From IMG/VR virus record IMGVR_UViG_3300047160_002980, positions 5,918 through 69,917 of that record: a stretch of 64,000 nt of DNA. The stretch is one strand, 5' to 3'. The position numbers and the translations under genes were made by a program. Below are positions 1 through 7,617 of the stretch, piece after piece. The notes beneath the pieces are model-generated. The model was given only the letters and a program-made list of their open reading frames with translations. It had not been told where the DNA came from and did not search any database. The first letter of the stretch is position 1. Each line of letters starts with the position of its first letter. The DNA is from a virus. Its lineage: Duplodnaviria; Caudoviricetes.

Positions 1-67
1 GGTCGAGGGCGTCGGCAACATCCTCAAGCCGTTGCTGCCGACGGTCGCCTACCGGGCCGACGAATAG
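1..67 (+). CDS. 3' end of a gene starting upstream of the window (…VEGVGNILKPLLPTVAYRADE*)
   Basis: Open frame from nt 2 to TAG at 65-67 with GC3-rich codons; same strand as the following early genes. Confidence 0.5.
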   Translation, partial: VEGVGNILKPLLPTVAYRADE

Positions 68-98
68 TTTCACCCCTTCTTTCCGAGGAGTAACCCCG

Positions 99-491
99 AT
101 GACTATCCCTGCCTTCCTTTTGTCCGCCATCGGCTGCGAGCGGTCGATCTGTTCCGACGCCAACTGCCGCGAGGCGGTGAAGCAGAACCCGGAGACCGGG
201 AACTGGTTTATCACCATGGGCCACCCCGGCTTTAATTCGCCGGCCAACAACCGGTCGGGCTACGCGACCAGGGAGGCGGCGCGGGCGGCGTTCAACCGCT
301 ACCGTAAGCCGCGCCTCACGCGGGACCAGAAAGCCGCGCTGGCCGCTTACGAGCATTGCCTGCGCCAGGAGGACCGCTATTTCGGCAGCGTGTTCGTCAC
401 CCCCGGTGGGGCGCGCGAGCACGAGGCCAAGACCCGCGCCGCTTACGAGCGGTGCAAATCCCTCGGCATGACTGCCGATCACGGGCTGTAG
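99..491 (+). CDS. hypothetical early protein (130 aa)
   Basis: GAGGAG RBS upstream, phage-like codon usage, tightly packed with neighbours. Confidence 0.75.
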   Translation: MTIPAFLLSAIGCERSICSDANCREAVKQNPETGNWFITMGHPGFNSPANNRSGYATREAARAAFNRYRKPRLTRDQKAALAAYEHCLRQEDRYFGSVFVTPGGAREHEAKTRAAYERCKSLGMTADHGL

Positions 492-515
492 GCCCATCCA
501 CAGGAGTATCGAACG

Positions 516-713
516 ATGACCAAGAACGACATGGCGCGAGTGATTATCACCGCGCTCTATAACCGGACCTATCTGGTTGATGCCGACCACCCGGAGGTCT
601 ACCGCCGGGCCACACGTTGCACCAAGGAGACCCTGGAAGGACAGTTGAAGATGGCGCTGCGGGTCCTCGACGTGACCAACAAGATGCACCTCGTGACGGA
701 CATCGTCCAATGA
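516..713 (+). CDS. hypothetical protein (65 aa)
   Basis: CCACAGGAG RBS; ATGA overlap with the next gene. Confidence 0.7.
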   Translation: MTKNDMARVIITALYNRTYLVDADHPEVYRRATRCTKETLEGQLKMALRVLDVTNKMHLVTDIVQ

Positions 714-1126
714 CCCGCAACGTCTTTGGCTGGTCGTACCCGCCCGGCGCGGCCAACGACCCCAACGCCCCCTACAACCAGCAAGACCCGCCTTGCGCGG
801 TCTGCGGCCAGATGGAGGACGGCTGTATCTGCCCGGAGTGCGAGGAGTGCGGTAGCGTCGGCGACCCCCGGTGTTACACCGGCCCCGAGCCGTGGGATCA
901 TCCGACACCCAGCCATGGCATGATCCGCTCCGAGGAGCAGATCGCTTCCCTTGCCGCTGCCGAAGCGGCCTGGGAGGCGGACAACGCCCATGAGAACGTG
1001 ATGGAGGAGGAACGGATGATCGCCACCTGGATGGGCGAATATCACGCCTGGGGCGATATCGAGCGCGAATGCCTGATGTCCATCGCCCTGGCGGACCCCG
1101 ACCCCGACAAGTTCCGCTGGATATAA
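710..1126 (+). CDS. Cys-rich hypothetical protein (CxxC clusters, probable Zn-binding)
   Basis: ATG at 710 overlaps the upstream stop; CAVC…CICPECEECG…C motif. Confidence 0.7.
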   Translation: MTRNVFGWSYPPGAANDPNAPYNQQDPPCAVCGQMEDGCICPECEECGSVGDPRCYTGPEPWDHPTPSHGMIRSEEQIASLAAAEAAWEADNAHENVMEEERMIATWMGEYHAWGDIERECLMSIALADPDPDKFRWI

Positions 1127-1148
1127 AAGAACCGGGATCGGTTCTTTT
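1125..1148. terminator. perfect inverted repeat AAAAGAACCG-GGAT-CGGTTCTTTT (terminator or operator)
   Basis: 10-bp stem, 4-nt loop, A/T tails, directly at the stop of the upstream gene. Confidence 0.65.
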
Positions 1149-1161
1149 CCTGCCTACACCA

Positions 1162-1191
1162 TTGAAATTGCTGGGAAAATTACCATATTAT
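1162..1191 (+). promoter_or_regulatory. sigma70-like promoter TTGAAA-18-TATTAT
   Basis: Near-consensus hexamers in an AT-rich intergenic stretch upstream of the 1302 gene. Confidence 0.55.
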
Positions 1192-1301
1192 CAGTGTGGG
1201 CAGGCCAAGGAGCCTGCCCCCTACCGGAGGGAGGCACCCCCGGCGGCACCCCAGGCACCAGCCTGGGGGTCGGACACTCCAACCACAAGGACCAACGAGC
1301 T

Positions 1302-1712
1302 ATGATCACGACCACCATCATCGACCTGAAGGCTGGCGACACCGTTCGCGCAGCCGCTTGGCACCCCCTCTCGGTCGCCGAAGTTGGCACCGTCGAGGAC
1401 TACGCGATCCGCAACGGCGATGACGTCGAGACGCGCGTCGCGCAGGCCGTCAGCCGGGGCCACAAGCTCGCCTACGCGATGAGCTTCGGCACCATGCTCC
1501 TGGGCGACCGCAAGGCGGCTGCCGCGAAGCTCGCGGAGGACCGGGCCAGGGCCGACCGGGCTTTCACCGTCAAGACGGGCGACGTCGTCCGCATCCGGGG
1601 CCGGCTGTACACCGTCAAGTTCGCCGGGACCTGGGGCGGCAACAAGGGATGCGAGTTCAAGGAGTTTCACAACTACTCCGACCCCATCCAGTTCGTTCCG
1701 GTGAAGGAGTAG
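1302..1712 (+). CDS. hypothetical protein (136 aa)
   Basis: ATG at 1302 after the structured leader; the longer ORF-track start at 1194 runs through leader hairpins. Confidence 0.7.
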   Translation: MITTTIIDLKAGDTVRAAAWHPLSVAEVGTVEDYAIRNGDDVETRVAQAVSRGHKLAYAMSFGTMLLGDRKAAAAKLAEDRARADRAFTVKTGDVVRIRGRLYTVKFAGTWGGNKGCEFKEFHNYSDPIQFVPVKE

Positions 1713-1717
1713 CCCCG

Positions 1718-1933
1718 ATGAACAAGGGCCTGGAGCAACTGAAGGCTCGCTACGCGGATCGCGTGGCGAGCTACTACCGCGACCCGGACGGCATCTGGGT
1801 GAACCTCAAGCCGAACTGGCGGATCGGCGAACACGATTACGTCCACGCCATCCACGAGATGACGACCCGCGAGGTCGCCATCGCCCTGTTCTACTGCGTG
1901 CCGTGCGATTGCGGCGCGTGCGACCCGGAGTAA
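1718..1933 (+). CDS. hypothetical protein with C-terminal CxxCxCxxC
   Basis: AAGGAG RBS, ATG 1718, contiguous with neighbours. Confidence 0.7.
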   Translation: MNKGLEQLKARYADRVASYYRDPDGIWVNLKPNWRIGEHDYVHAIHEMTTREVAIALFYCVPCDCGACDPE

Positions 1934-1938
1934 CCGAG

Positions 1939-2109
1939 ATGACGTTCCGCAACCTCACTCCCTACGAGAAGCGGGTCTTCCGCTTCATGGCGCGCCGGGC
2001 TTACACCCAGGGCCATATCGTTGCGCTCCTCCGGGTAACCACCCCGGAGGAGTACGAGGACGTCGTCCAGCGCGCGGTTGACCGCTACGCGGACTGGGCG
2101 ACCGACTGA
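1939..2109 (+). CDS. hypothetical protein (56 aa)
   Basis: GGAG RBS, ATG 1939. Confidence 0.6.
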   Translation: MTFRNLTPYEKRVFRFMARRAYTQGHIVALLRVTTPEEYEDVVQRAVDRYADWATD

Positions 2110-2124
2110 AAGAACCCTAACCCC

Positions 2125-2153
2125 TTGACAATCCACGTTCTTTTTGATATTCT
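2125..2153 (+). promoter_or_regulatory. sigma70 promoter TTGACA-17-TATTCT
   Basis: Perfect -35, 17-bp spacer, near-consensus -10, upstream of the CCACAGGAG RBS of gene 2181. Confidence 0.75.
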
Positions 2154-2180
2154 GGCAACCCTCTCCACAGGAGTACCAAC

Positions 2181-2426
2181 GTGAAGACGACCATGATGCA
2201 AGCCGGGTCTTCGATGGCCCGGCGACCAGCCCCCAATCGGGCAGACTTCATTCTCAACTGGGTGATCAAACGCGGCTCGTTCCGGGGCGACGGCAGGGCC
2301 GGCGCTGACTGGCGCGCCGCCCAGCGTCTCGTGAAGATGGACATCGGCCTGGAGATCGTCGCCGACGACAGCCTCGTCCGGGACAAGACCATCGAGGGCT
2401 GGATCATTCGGAGGACAACGCCATGA
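2181..2426 (+). CDS. hypothetical protein (81 aa)
   Basis: GTG start after AGGAG; ATGA overlap with the next gene. Confidence 0.65.
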   Translation: MKTTMMQAGSSMARRPAPNRADFILNWVIKRGSFRGDGRAGADWRAAQRLVKMDIGLEIVADDSLVRDKTIEGWIIRRTTP

Positions 2427-2778
2427 CTGCCGTGGTGATCTGCAACGGCCTGATCTGGCTGTTCAACGAGGAGGCCCAGGACCCGCTGACGCGGATTTGG
2501 GCCAACCCCGAATGCCTAGGTCTCCTCCCTGGATTTCTCGATGCGGCGGACCCGCGCCCGGCGTCGAGCAACTCGACGCCGGTTACGGCTACGGCAGTCA
2601 CTGGCGCGATAAGCCGAACCAGCTGCTGGAGGACCTGACCATGCTGTACCCCGGCGATCCGCCGCTGTACTGGGCGGCGCAGACGATCCTCCGCAACGAG
2701 CGGATCGTGATCTACCCCTACGCCATGGTGGCGGTCGTCCAGGCGGACGGCAGCTTCCTTATCCAGAGGATGGACTGA
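2423..2778 (+). pseudogene. frameshifted phage protein (LGLLPGFLDAADPRPA / VEQLDAGYG…YPGDPPL…ERIVIYPYAMVAVVQADGSF..RMD)
   Basis: ORFs 2423..2638 and 2497..2778 join into one coherent protein with a 1-nt shift near 2563; resembles a recurrent small phage family as recalled. Confidence 0.65.
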
Positions 2779-3098
2779 TGAAGCCTAACCGACCCTGGGC
2801 CGTGCGGCGCGACGACCCCCACCCGCTTCTCGTGGGTAAGGAGGTCCGCGCCAAGGCGATCAAGCTCCTCGGTATCAGCGAGGAGGAATGGTACTTCACC
2901 ACCGGGCGCTATCTGGAAGCGCGCCTGGAACTGGAGAAGCTGCGCGGCTGTCTCAAGCGGGTCGCGCAGTCCACCCGCGACGAGGCGATCATCGCCGAGA
3001 TACCGCACGACGACGCGGAGCGTGGCTGGAACCGGCTCTGCGCGATCCTCTGCGATTTCCTCGATCAGGTCGTTGACCAGCCCATGGAGGACGAGTGA
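2778..3098 (+). CDS. hypothetical protein (106 aa)
   Basis: TGATG coupling, GAGGA RBS. Confidence 0.7.
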   Translation: MKPNRPWAVRRDDPHPLLVGKEVRAKAIKLLGISEEEWYFTTGRYLEARLELEKLRGCLKRVAQSTRDEAIIAEIPHDDAERGWNRLCAILCDFLDQVVDQPMEDE

Positions 3099-3376
3099 TG
3101 GCCGTCACCGCCAAGGTCTTCTGCGCGTCCGACGGGTCACCGACACCGCATGACGGACGCTATGTCAGCTGGTGGAACCCGCACACCGAGGCCGGGGTCC
3201 TGGAGTGTGTCACCACGGACGATCTCGCTGAGGCGAAGACCTGGGCGACCATCACCGAGGTTTTCGCGGAGCGCCGCACGGTCAGCAAGGTACAGCCGAC
3301 GCGGCCCTGGGACGGGCTACCCAACCGCCCGCTGATGGGGATCGCCGTGGAGATCGACAACGTACCAACCCGATGA
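3095..3376 (+). CDS. hypothetical protein (about 92 aa, PNRPL motif)
   Basis: Overlap coupling with the upstream stop, GGAGG RBS. Confidence 0.7.
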   Translation: MMAVTAKVFCASDGSPTPHDGRYVSWWNPHTEAGVLECVTTDDLAEAKTWATITEVFAERRTVSKVQPTRPWDGLPNRPLMGIAVEIDNVPTR

Positions 3377-3389
3377 GGAGGTCGGACCC

Positions 3390-3509
3390 ATGTTCGCCGT
3401 TGCCGGAGGTATCCTCGTGGCGGTCGCCGTCCTGGCGATCCTGCGCCATATCCACTGGATTTTTATTATCCTGATCGGTCTCGCCCTGATCGGGAGATAT
3501 TGCCAGTGA
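3390..3509 (+). CDS. small hydrophobic membrane peptide (39 aa, MFAVAGGILVAVAVLAILRHIHWIFIILIGLALIGRYCQ)
   Basis: GAGGAGG RBS, below the ORF-track cutoff, almost fully hydrophobic, GTGA overlap with the next gene. Confidence 0.6.
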   Translation: MFAVAGGILVAVAVLAILRHIHWIFIILIGLALIGRYCQ

Positions 3510-3802
3510 CCGACCCGCTCAAGGGCTTGACCCCGGAGGAGATCGCACGGGCGCGGGCTAAGGCCAGCGTCCGCCAGAAGACCATCAGGGCGGTAGAGGA
3601 ATTGGGCGGGACCGAGTATCAGGCGCGGGAAGTATCGCGGGCCGTGATGATGGCCCTGGTCGAGCCGGACAACGACATGGTCGCTGCCGGTCTCGCCGAA
3701 TTGAACCTTCAGCTGGGCAAACCCAAGGACAAGATCGAGGCCGCGAACCGCCGCAACCTGATCCGGGTGATCTGGCGGTCGATGCTCTACAACGTGCGAT
3801 GA
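3506..3802 (+). CDS. hypothetical protein (98 aa)
   Basis: GTG start overlapping the upstream stop; ATGA overlap downstream. Confidence 0.65.
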   Translation: MTDPLKGLTPEEIARARAKASVRQKTIRAVEELGGTEYQAREVSRAVMMALVEPDNDMVAAGLAELNLQLGKPKDKIEAANRRNLIRVIWRSMLYNVR

Positions 3803-4161
3803 CCTTTAAGCCGCGCCCGTGGTTCCGGCGCGAGGGATACGACGGCTACCTGAAGCCGCACGTCCCGGAGATCGTCGCGCTGTGGAAGATGGGCGAGCCA
3901 TTTGCCGAGATCGCCCGGCGGATGAAGGACCATTTCCCCAACCCGAGATACGGCCCGTCGGCTGACATGATCCGCTACGTCCTGGCGCGGACGGGTCACT
4001 TACCGAAACGAGTGCCGCCGGAACATACGCCCGAGGTCCCGCCCCGGCGCTATATCGTCAACTGGGAGACCACGTTCCCCATTCGTTCGCTGGGTCGCCC
4101 CATCGACATGGGTGGGCCGCGCGACGTATGGATTGAGGCGGACCCGTGGAGCGACCTGTGA
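3799..4161 (+). CDS. hypothetical protein, possible HTH (EIVALWKMGEPFAEIARRM)
   Basis: Helix-turn-helix-like pattern; translational coupling. Confidence 0.6.
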   Translation: MTFKPRPWFRREGYDGYLKPHVPEIVALWKMGEPFAEIARRMKDHFPNPRYGPSADMIRYVLARTGHLPKRVPPEHTPEVPPRRYIVNWETTFPIRSLGRPIDMGGPRDVWIEADPWSDL

Positions 4162-4292
4162 TAAACCGTCTCTCTGCCATGTGGCGAGGACCGCCGCTCT
4201 CCTGCCGTTGGAGCGCGCTGGTGATTATCCTCCTGGCGCTGATGAGCTGGGCATTCGTCGTCGGGATCGGCGTCGCCGTGTTCGATCCCTGA
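4158..4292 (+). CDS. small membrane peptide (44 aa, one TM helix)
   Basis: GTGA overlap; SALVIILLALMSWAFVVGIGVAVF hydrophobic stretch. Confidence 0.5.
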   Translation: MINRLSAMWRGPPLSCRWSALVIILLALMSWAFVVGIGVAVFDP

Positions 4293-4319
4293 TTTCCTGG
4301 CGGATAATCAAACGCCGGA

Positions 4320-4844
4320 CTAGCCCCCGGCGGCTCGCGCGGGAATGTCCTGCGGGTCACCCGGCGTGATGGTGCCGGCGACAGCCGCGCCCGCGACGAC
4401 CTGGATATCGAGGAGCGTGATGATCTCGGTTGTCCCCGACCCCATGTCGGCATCGGCGACCGCCTGGACCTGGGCCGTCCCCAGCCCCTGGCCCTGAACC
4501 GGCGTCACCACGGCGGTCATCGACTGCGGCCCGCCGCCGGGCGCAACCGTCAGCACCGACTCGTCCGAGGACGCCCACTTCACGGCACCGTCGATACTGG
4601 CCGGGTTGCCGTTCTTGTCCACATAGGCAATCGACAGCGGCAGTTGTTTGTCGTCGGGCAGCTGGTAAGCCATGTTCCCCTCTCCTGTGACGCTAAAACC
4701 CTCATAATATGCTGTCGTGAAAGCAAGGACCCGCTTTGCCTGACCGGGCGGCGTCGTTGGTTGCGACGCGATATAGATCGTCCCGCCGATATCAATCCGG
4801 ATCGCCCCGGCCAAGTTCAGGGTGCTGTCACGAGACCTCAGCAT
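4320..4844 (-). CDS. Ig-like (Big-type) domain protein; possible internal start at 4673
   Basis: VKWASSDESVLTV and TAQVQAVADAD beta-sandwich pattern; GGAGAGGGG RBS before MAYQLP. Confidence 0.65.
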   Translation of the reverse strand: MLRSRDSTLNLAGAIRIDIGGTIYIASQPTTPPGQAKRVLAFTTAYYEGFSVTGEGNMAYQLPDDKQLPLSIAYVDKNGNPASIDGAVKWASSDESVLTVAPGGGPQSMTAVVTPVQGQGLGTAQVQAVADADMGSGTTEIITLLDIQVVAGAAVAGTITPGDPQDIPARAAGG

Positions 4845-4903
4845 CGCCGCCTCCTACCATCCTTTGGAGACCGTTTTGTGGCGGCGGGGACAGGTCGCGC
4901 AAT

Positions 4904-5500
4904 CTATAAAACCGGTGAACGATTTTCCAAATGCGGTCGCCTGTCAACGGGAAGATTTCTACTCCACTGGCGGGCGACCGTCTCCAGCCCGGCGAGCAGC
5001 CGACCGAGAGCGCGGAACGCCGGGGTAGAGAGGGGCCGGCGGATCGCCAGGGAGATGGTCGCTTCCACCCATTCGCCGGCACAACTCCGCATCACAAGCT
5101 CGGTCGCGACCGGGTCGCCGAGGCGATTTTTGATCTGGGCGACGGTGCGGAGGGCGCGCAGGCTCGACGGCGATATCCCGACCGCCGGCCCCCGAATCGC
5201 GCCGCCGGCCATGATCGCCAGCCACAGGCCGTTGACCGAGCCGGGGCTGCCGTAGACCCCGGCGCGGATCGTCGCCAGCAATTCCCCCAGGCCGCGCCCG
5301 GCATGGTAGGCAGCGAGGTCGATCAGGCCGCGCCCGAGGAGGACCCCCAGCGGATCGACCGGCAGATCGGGGTCGCCGGTCAATAGTGCCCGATGCCGGC
5401 GCAGCGTGTAGCTGCCCGGATCGACGATCCCCGCGCGACCGTTGCGGGTGGTCTCCCTGCGGCGCGCGGCAAATTTCCGCTTGCGCCCCCGCTTTGCCAT
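4904..5500 (-). CDS. putative late transcription regulator (alphaproteobacterial phage Q-like/DUF6456-type)
   Basis: Basic N-terminus MAKRGRKRK followed by DPLGVLLGRGLID…YHAG; distal gene of the replication operon. Confidence 0.45.
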   Translation of the reverse strand: MAKRGRKRKFAARRRETTRNGRAGIVDPGSYTLRRHRALLTGDPDLPVDPLGVLLGRGLIDLAAYHAGRGLGELLATIRAGVYGSPGSVNGLWLAIMAGGAIRGPAVGISPSSLRALRTVAQIKNRLGDPVATELVMRSCAGEWVEATISLAIRRPLSTPAFRALGRLLAGLETVARQWSRNLPVDRRPHLENRSPVL

Positions 5501-5531
5501 CCGGGACTTATGCCCGATTTGACCGGAGAGT

Positions 5532-5786
5532 TCAGCTGTGCTTGGCCTTGATCAGGGTCGGCATCCCATTGCATCCCTGACAGACCGACTTGCCGCGCAT
5601 GGCTGGCGGTCCCAGTTCGACCCAGCACGGGTCGCTATGGTTGCACTTCCGGGGCGCGGCCAGTTGGCGCTGCCAGCGCCATTCGGCGAAGACCTCCAGC
5701 TGATCCTCGGTGTAGGTCCGGTCAGCGGCGCGCGGTTTGACCATGATCCTCTGTCGAGGCCAGCATGTGGTGAAACGTGGTCGCAA
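5532..5786 (-). CDS. hypothetical protein with C-terminal CxxC
   Basis: ORF in the operon direction; start uncertain. Confidence 0.45.
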   Translation of the reverse strand: MRPRFTTCWPRQRIMVKPRAADRTYTEDQLEVFAEWRWQRQLAAPRKCNHSDPCWVELGPPAMRGKSVCQGCNGMPTLIKAKHS

Positions 5787-5991
5787 TCTGCATCAGCGAC
5801 GTGTCGCGCAGGATCAGCCGCATGATCGACGGCGGGTCCACCCCGTAGCTGTTCGCCTCGCAGATCACCCGGCAGCAGACACAGGTCAGGCGTTGGGGAA
5901 AGAACCTCAGCGCCGGCAGGCGGTCCATGATCTCCTCAGCGACCAGGGCGGCGGCGTCGCAGGGACCTTTCGGGACAAAGTCGATACTCAT
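5722..5991 (-). CDS. hypothetical protein (89 aa)
   Basis: ATGA overlap with the upstream gene. Confidence 0.55.
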   Translation of the reverse strand: MSIDFVPKGPCDAAALVAEEIMDRLPALRFFPQRLTCVCCRVICEANSYGVDPPSIMRLILRDTSLMQIATTFHHMLASTEDHGQTARR

Positions 5992-6206
5992 GCGACGACC
6001 CTCGGCGCGTGCCGGATCAGATAATACCGGGCATATCGGCGCTCCCCGTCATCCTCCCACACGGTCGCGATCTCGTGACCCGCTTCGCGCAGTTCGAAGA
6101 CCCGCGCCGCCAGCCGGTACACCCCGAAGCGGAGCGCGTCCTTGGGCGTCAGCGGGTGTTGCTCCAGGCGGGTCAGGACCTCCATCGTCTGACGCGACCG
6201 GCTCAT
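5988..6206 (-). CDS. winged HTH protein (HTH_39-like)
   Basis: LTPKDALRFGVYRLAARVFELREAGHEI matches the phage HTH_39 pattern. Confidence 0.75.
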   Translation of the reverse strand: MSRSRQTMEVLTRLEQHPLTPKDALRFGVYRLAARVFELREAGHEIATVWEDDGERRYARYYLIRHAPRVVA

Positions 6207-6469
6207 CCGCCCTCCTTCTTCGGCTTTACACCCCGGTCCTCGGGCGGCAGCTTGCCGCGCTCCTTGAGCCGGCGGTAGACCTTCATCAGGTCGTCGAGCG
6301 GCGCGTTGATCATCCCGTCCCCGTTCGGCAAAATATCGAGCCGGGTGCAGTAGACCAGTTCCCGCAGACGCGCTTTGTCACTGTAGCACGGCGGGACGAT
6401 TTCGAAGAACCGACGCGGCTCCTCCCTGCCGTGGTGCCGCACCACGCCGAAGAACACCGGCTCGCTCAT
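6203..6469 (-). CDS. hypothetical protein (88 aa)
   Basis: TGATG coupling at 6469, ATGA at 6203. Confidence 0.6.
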   Translation of the reverse strand: MSEPVFFGVVRHHGREEPRRFFEIVPPCYSDKARLRELVYCTRLDILPNGDGMINAPLDDLMKVYRRLKERGKLPPEDRGVKPKKEGG

Positions 6470-6714
6470 CAGATCAGCCCGTTCTTCTTCGCCAGCCACT
6501 GCGGTACCAGCAGACCCCCATCGGTCTCCCGGACTTGGGAGCGGGGCAACCAGACGGTTTGCCGCCCGTCGTAAAAATTAACCGCCTTCTCGGTCGCGCC
6601 CCTGATCTCGCCGCTGATCTCGATCATCTCGGCCCCTTCCTGCTTGCCCTCGCCGCGACGCCCCTCGCGCCCGTGGTAGCGGTTCATCCAGTCCGGCACG
6701 TCACTTGTCGTCAT
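6469..6714 (-). CDS. small conserved phage protein (TEKAV…VWLPRSQV…VPQWLAKKNGLI)
   Basis: Recurrent phage beta-barrel-like motif as recalled. Confidence 0.7.
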   Translation of the reverse strand: MTTSDVPDWMNRYHGREGRRGEGKQEGAEMIEISGEIRGATEKAVNFYDGRQTVWLPRSQVRETDGGLLVPQWLAKKNGLI

Positions 6715-6931
6715 CCCTGAACCTCCCTGCCTTTGCCAGACGCAGCGCGCACGCCGCGCAGAACCCGACGCGCGGCATTCGGATAAACTCCCCGGTGATC
6801 GGGTCGCGACGCCCGATTATACCGCCCTGCTGCAGCTCGACCAGGACGAGCTTCTTTTGCTCCTTGCGCTCCTTGCAGTACCCCTCGCCCTCAAAAAGGA
6901 TTTCCTTTATCGGGTTGTCATGCTCGGCCAT
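6701..6931 (-). CDS. hypothetical protein (76 aa)
   Basis: ATG at 6931 abutting the upstream stop. Confidence 0.55.
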   Translation of the reverse strand: MAEHDNPIKEILFEGEGYCKERKEQKKLVLVELQQGGIIGRRDPITGEFIRMPRVGFCAACALRLAKAGRFRDDDK

Positions 6932-6932
6932 G

Positions 6933-7190
6933 TCACGGCTCCAGTAGCTGCCGGACGTGCTTGGCGATCCCCGCGAGGATCGTCTCTGTCGCTTCCTCCA
7001 GCCCCTGTTCGCGGAAGCCATTGCAGTGCCGGGCGATCAGGGCTTCCAGGATTTTCTGCTGCTCCACCGGGTCGCGCGGCAGGAGGTCCAGCATCCGCTC
7101 GATAATCGGGATCAGTTCAGTCAGCGAGCGCGACGGGCGCGGCGTCTGCGGTGAGCGGTGCAGACCGTCGAGGATCAGGTCATCGGCCAT
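6933..7190 (-). CDS. hypothetical protein (85 aa)
   Basis: TGATG coupling at 7190. Confidence 0.6.
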   Translation of the reverse strand: MADDLILDGLHRSPQTPRPSRSLTELIPIIERMLDLLPRDPVEQQKILEALIARHCNGFREQGLEEATETILAGIAKHVRQLLEP

Positions 7191-7369
7191 CAATGAAGCG
7201 CCGGCCTGTTCGCCTGCCACTGGTTGAGGCAGGCTTCCGAGCAAAACTCCAGGACCCCGATCTCCTCGTCCTGGGTGTCGTAAACCGCCGCCGGCCCCGG
7301 ATTATCGTCGGCGTAAAATTTGCCGCAGCCATTGCAGAAGTGCATGTAAGCCGTCTCGCCTTCGCTCAT
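7190..7369 (-). CDS. small Zn-finger protein (CNGC…FCSEAC, TRASH/MYM-like)
   Basis: CxxC plus FCSxxC motifs; ATGA overlap at 7366-7369. Confidence 0.6.
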   Translation of the reverse strand: MSEGETAYMHFCNGCGKFYADDNPGPAAVYDTQDEEIGVLEFCSEACLNQWQANRPALH

Positions 7370-7617
7370 TTTGCCCTCATGCGACTGCGGTTGCGCTTTA
7401 GGACCTCGTGGAGATACGGCATAGCCGTCTCCTTCTCGCGCGGCCAGGACGGCCAGCACGCCTCGCAGACGTAGAGCGTGGCGAAGTGCCGCCCGTGGTC
7501 CTGCATCACCATCCTCCAGGCGGGCGCGACAGCGGTCCCGTCCTCGGTGGGGAACTGCGACAGGCAATCGACGCATATCCACGGGATCAAATGCCGGTGA
7601 CCGCCGTCGGTGATCAT
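7366..7617 (-). CDS. small Zn-finger protein (CVDC…CEAC)
   Basis: Two CxxC pairs; ATGA coupling. Confidence 0.6.
   Translation of the reverse strand: MITDGGHRHLIPWICVDCLSQFPTEDGTAVAPAWRMVMQDHGRHFATLYVCEACWPSWPREKETAMPYLHEVLKRNRSRMRAK

Noticed and set aside
1125-1148. GAAC…GTTC as a LexA/SOS box
   Set aside because: Spacing (N8) fits neither the Gram-positive GAAC-N4-GTTC box nor the alphaproteobacterial GTTC-N7-GTTC direct repeat
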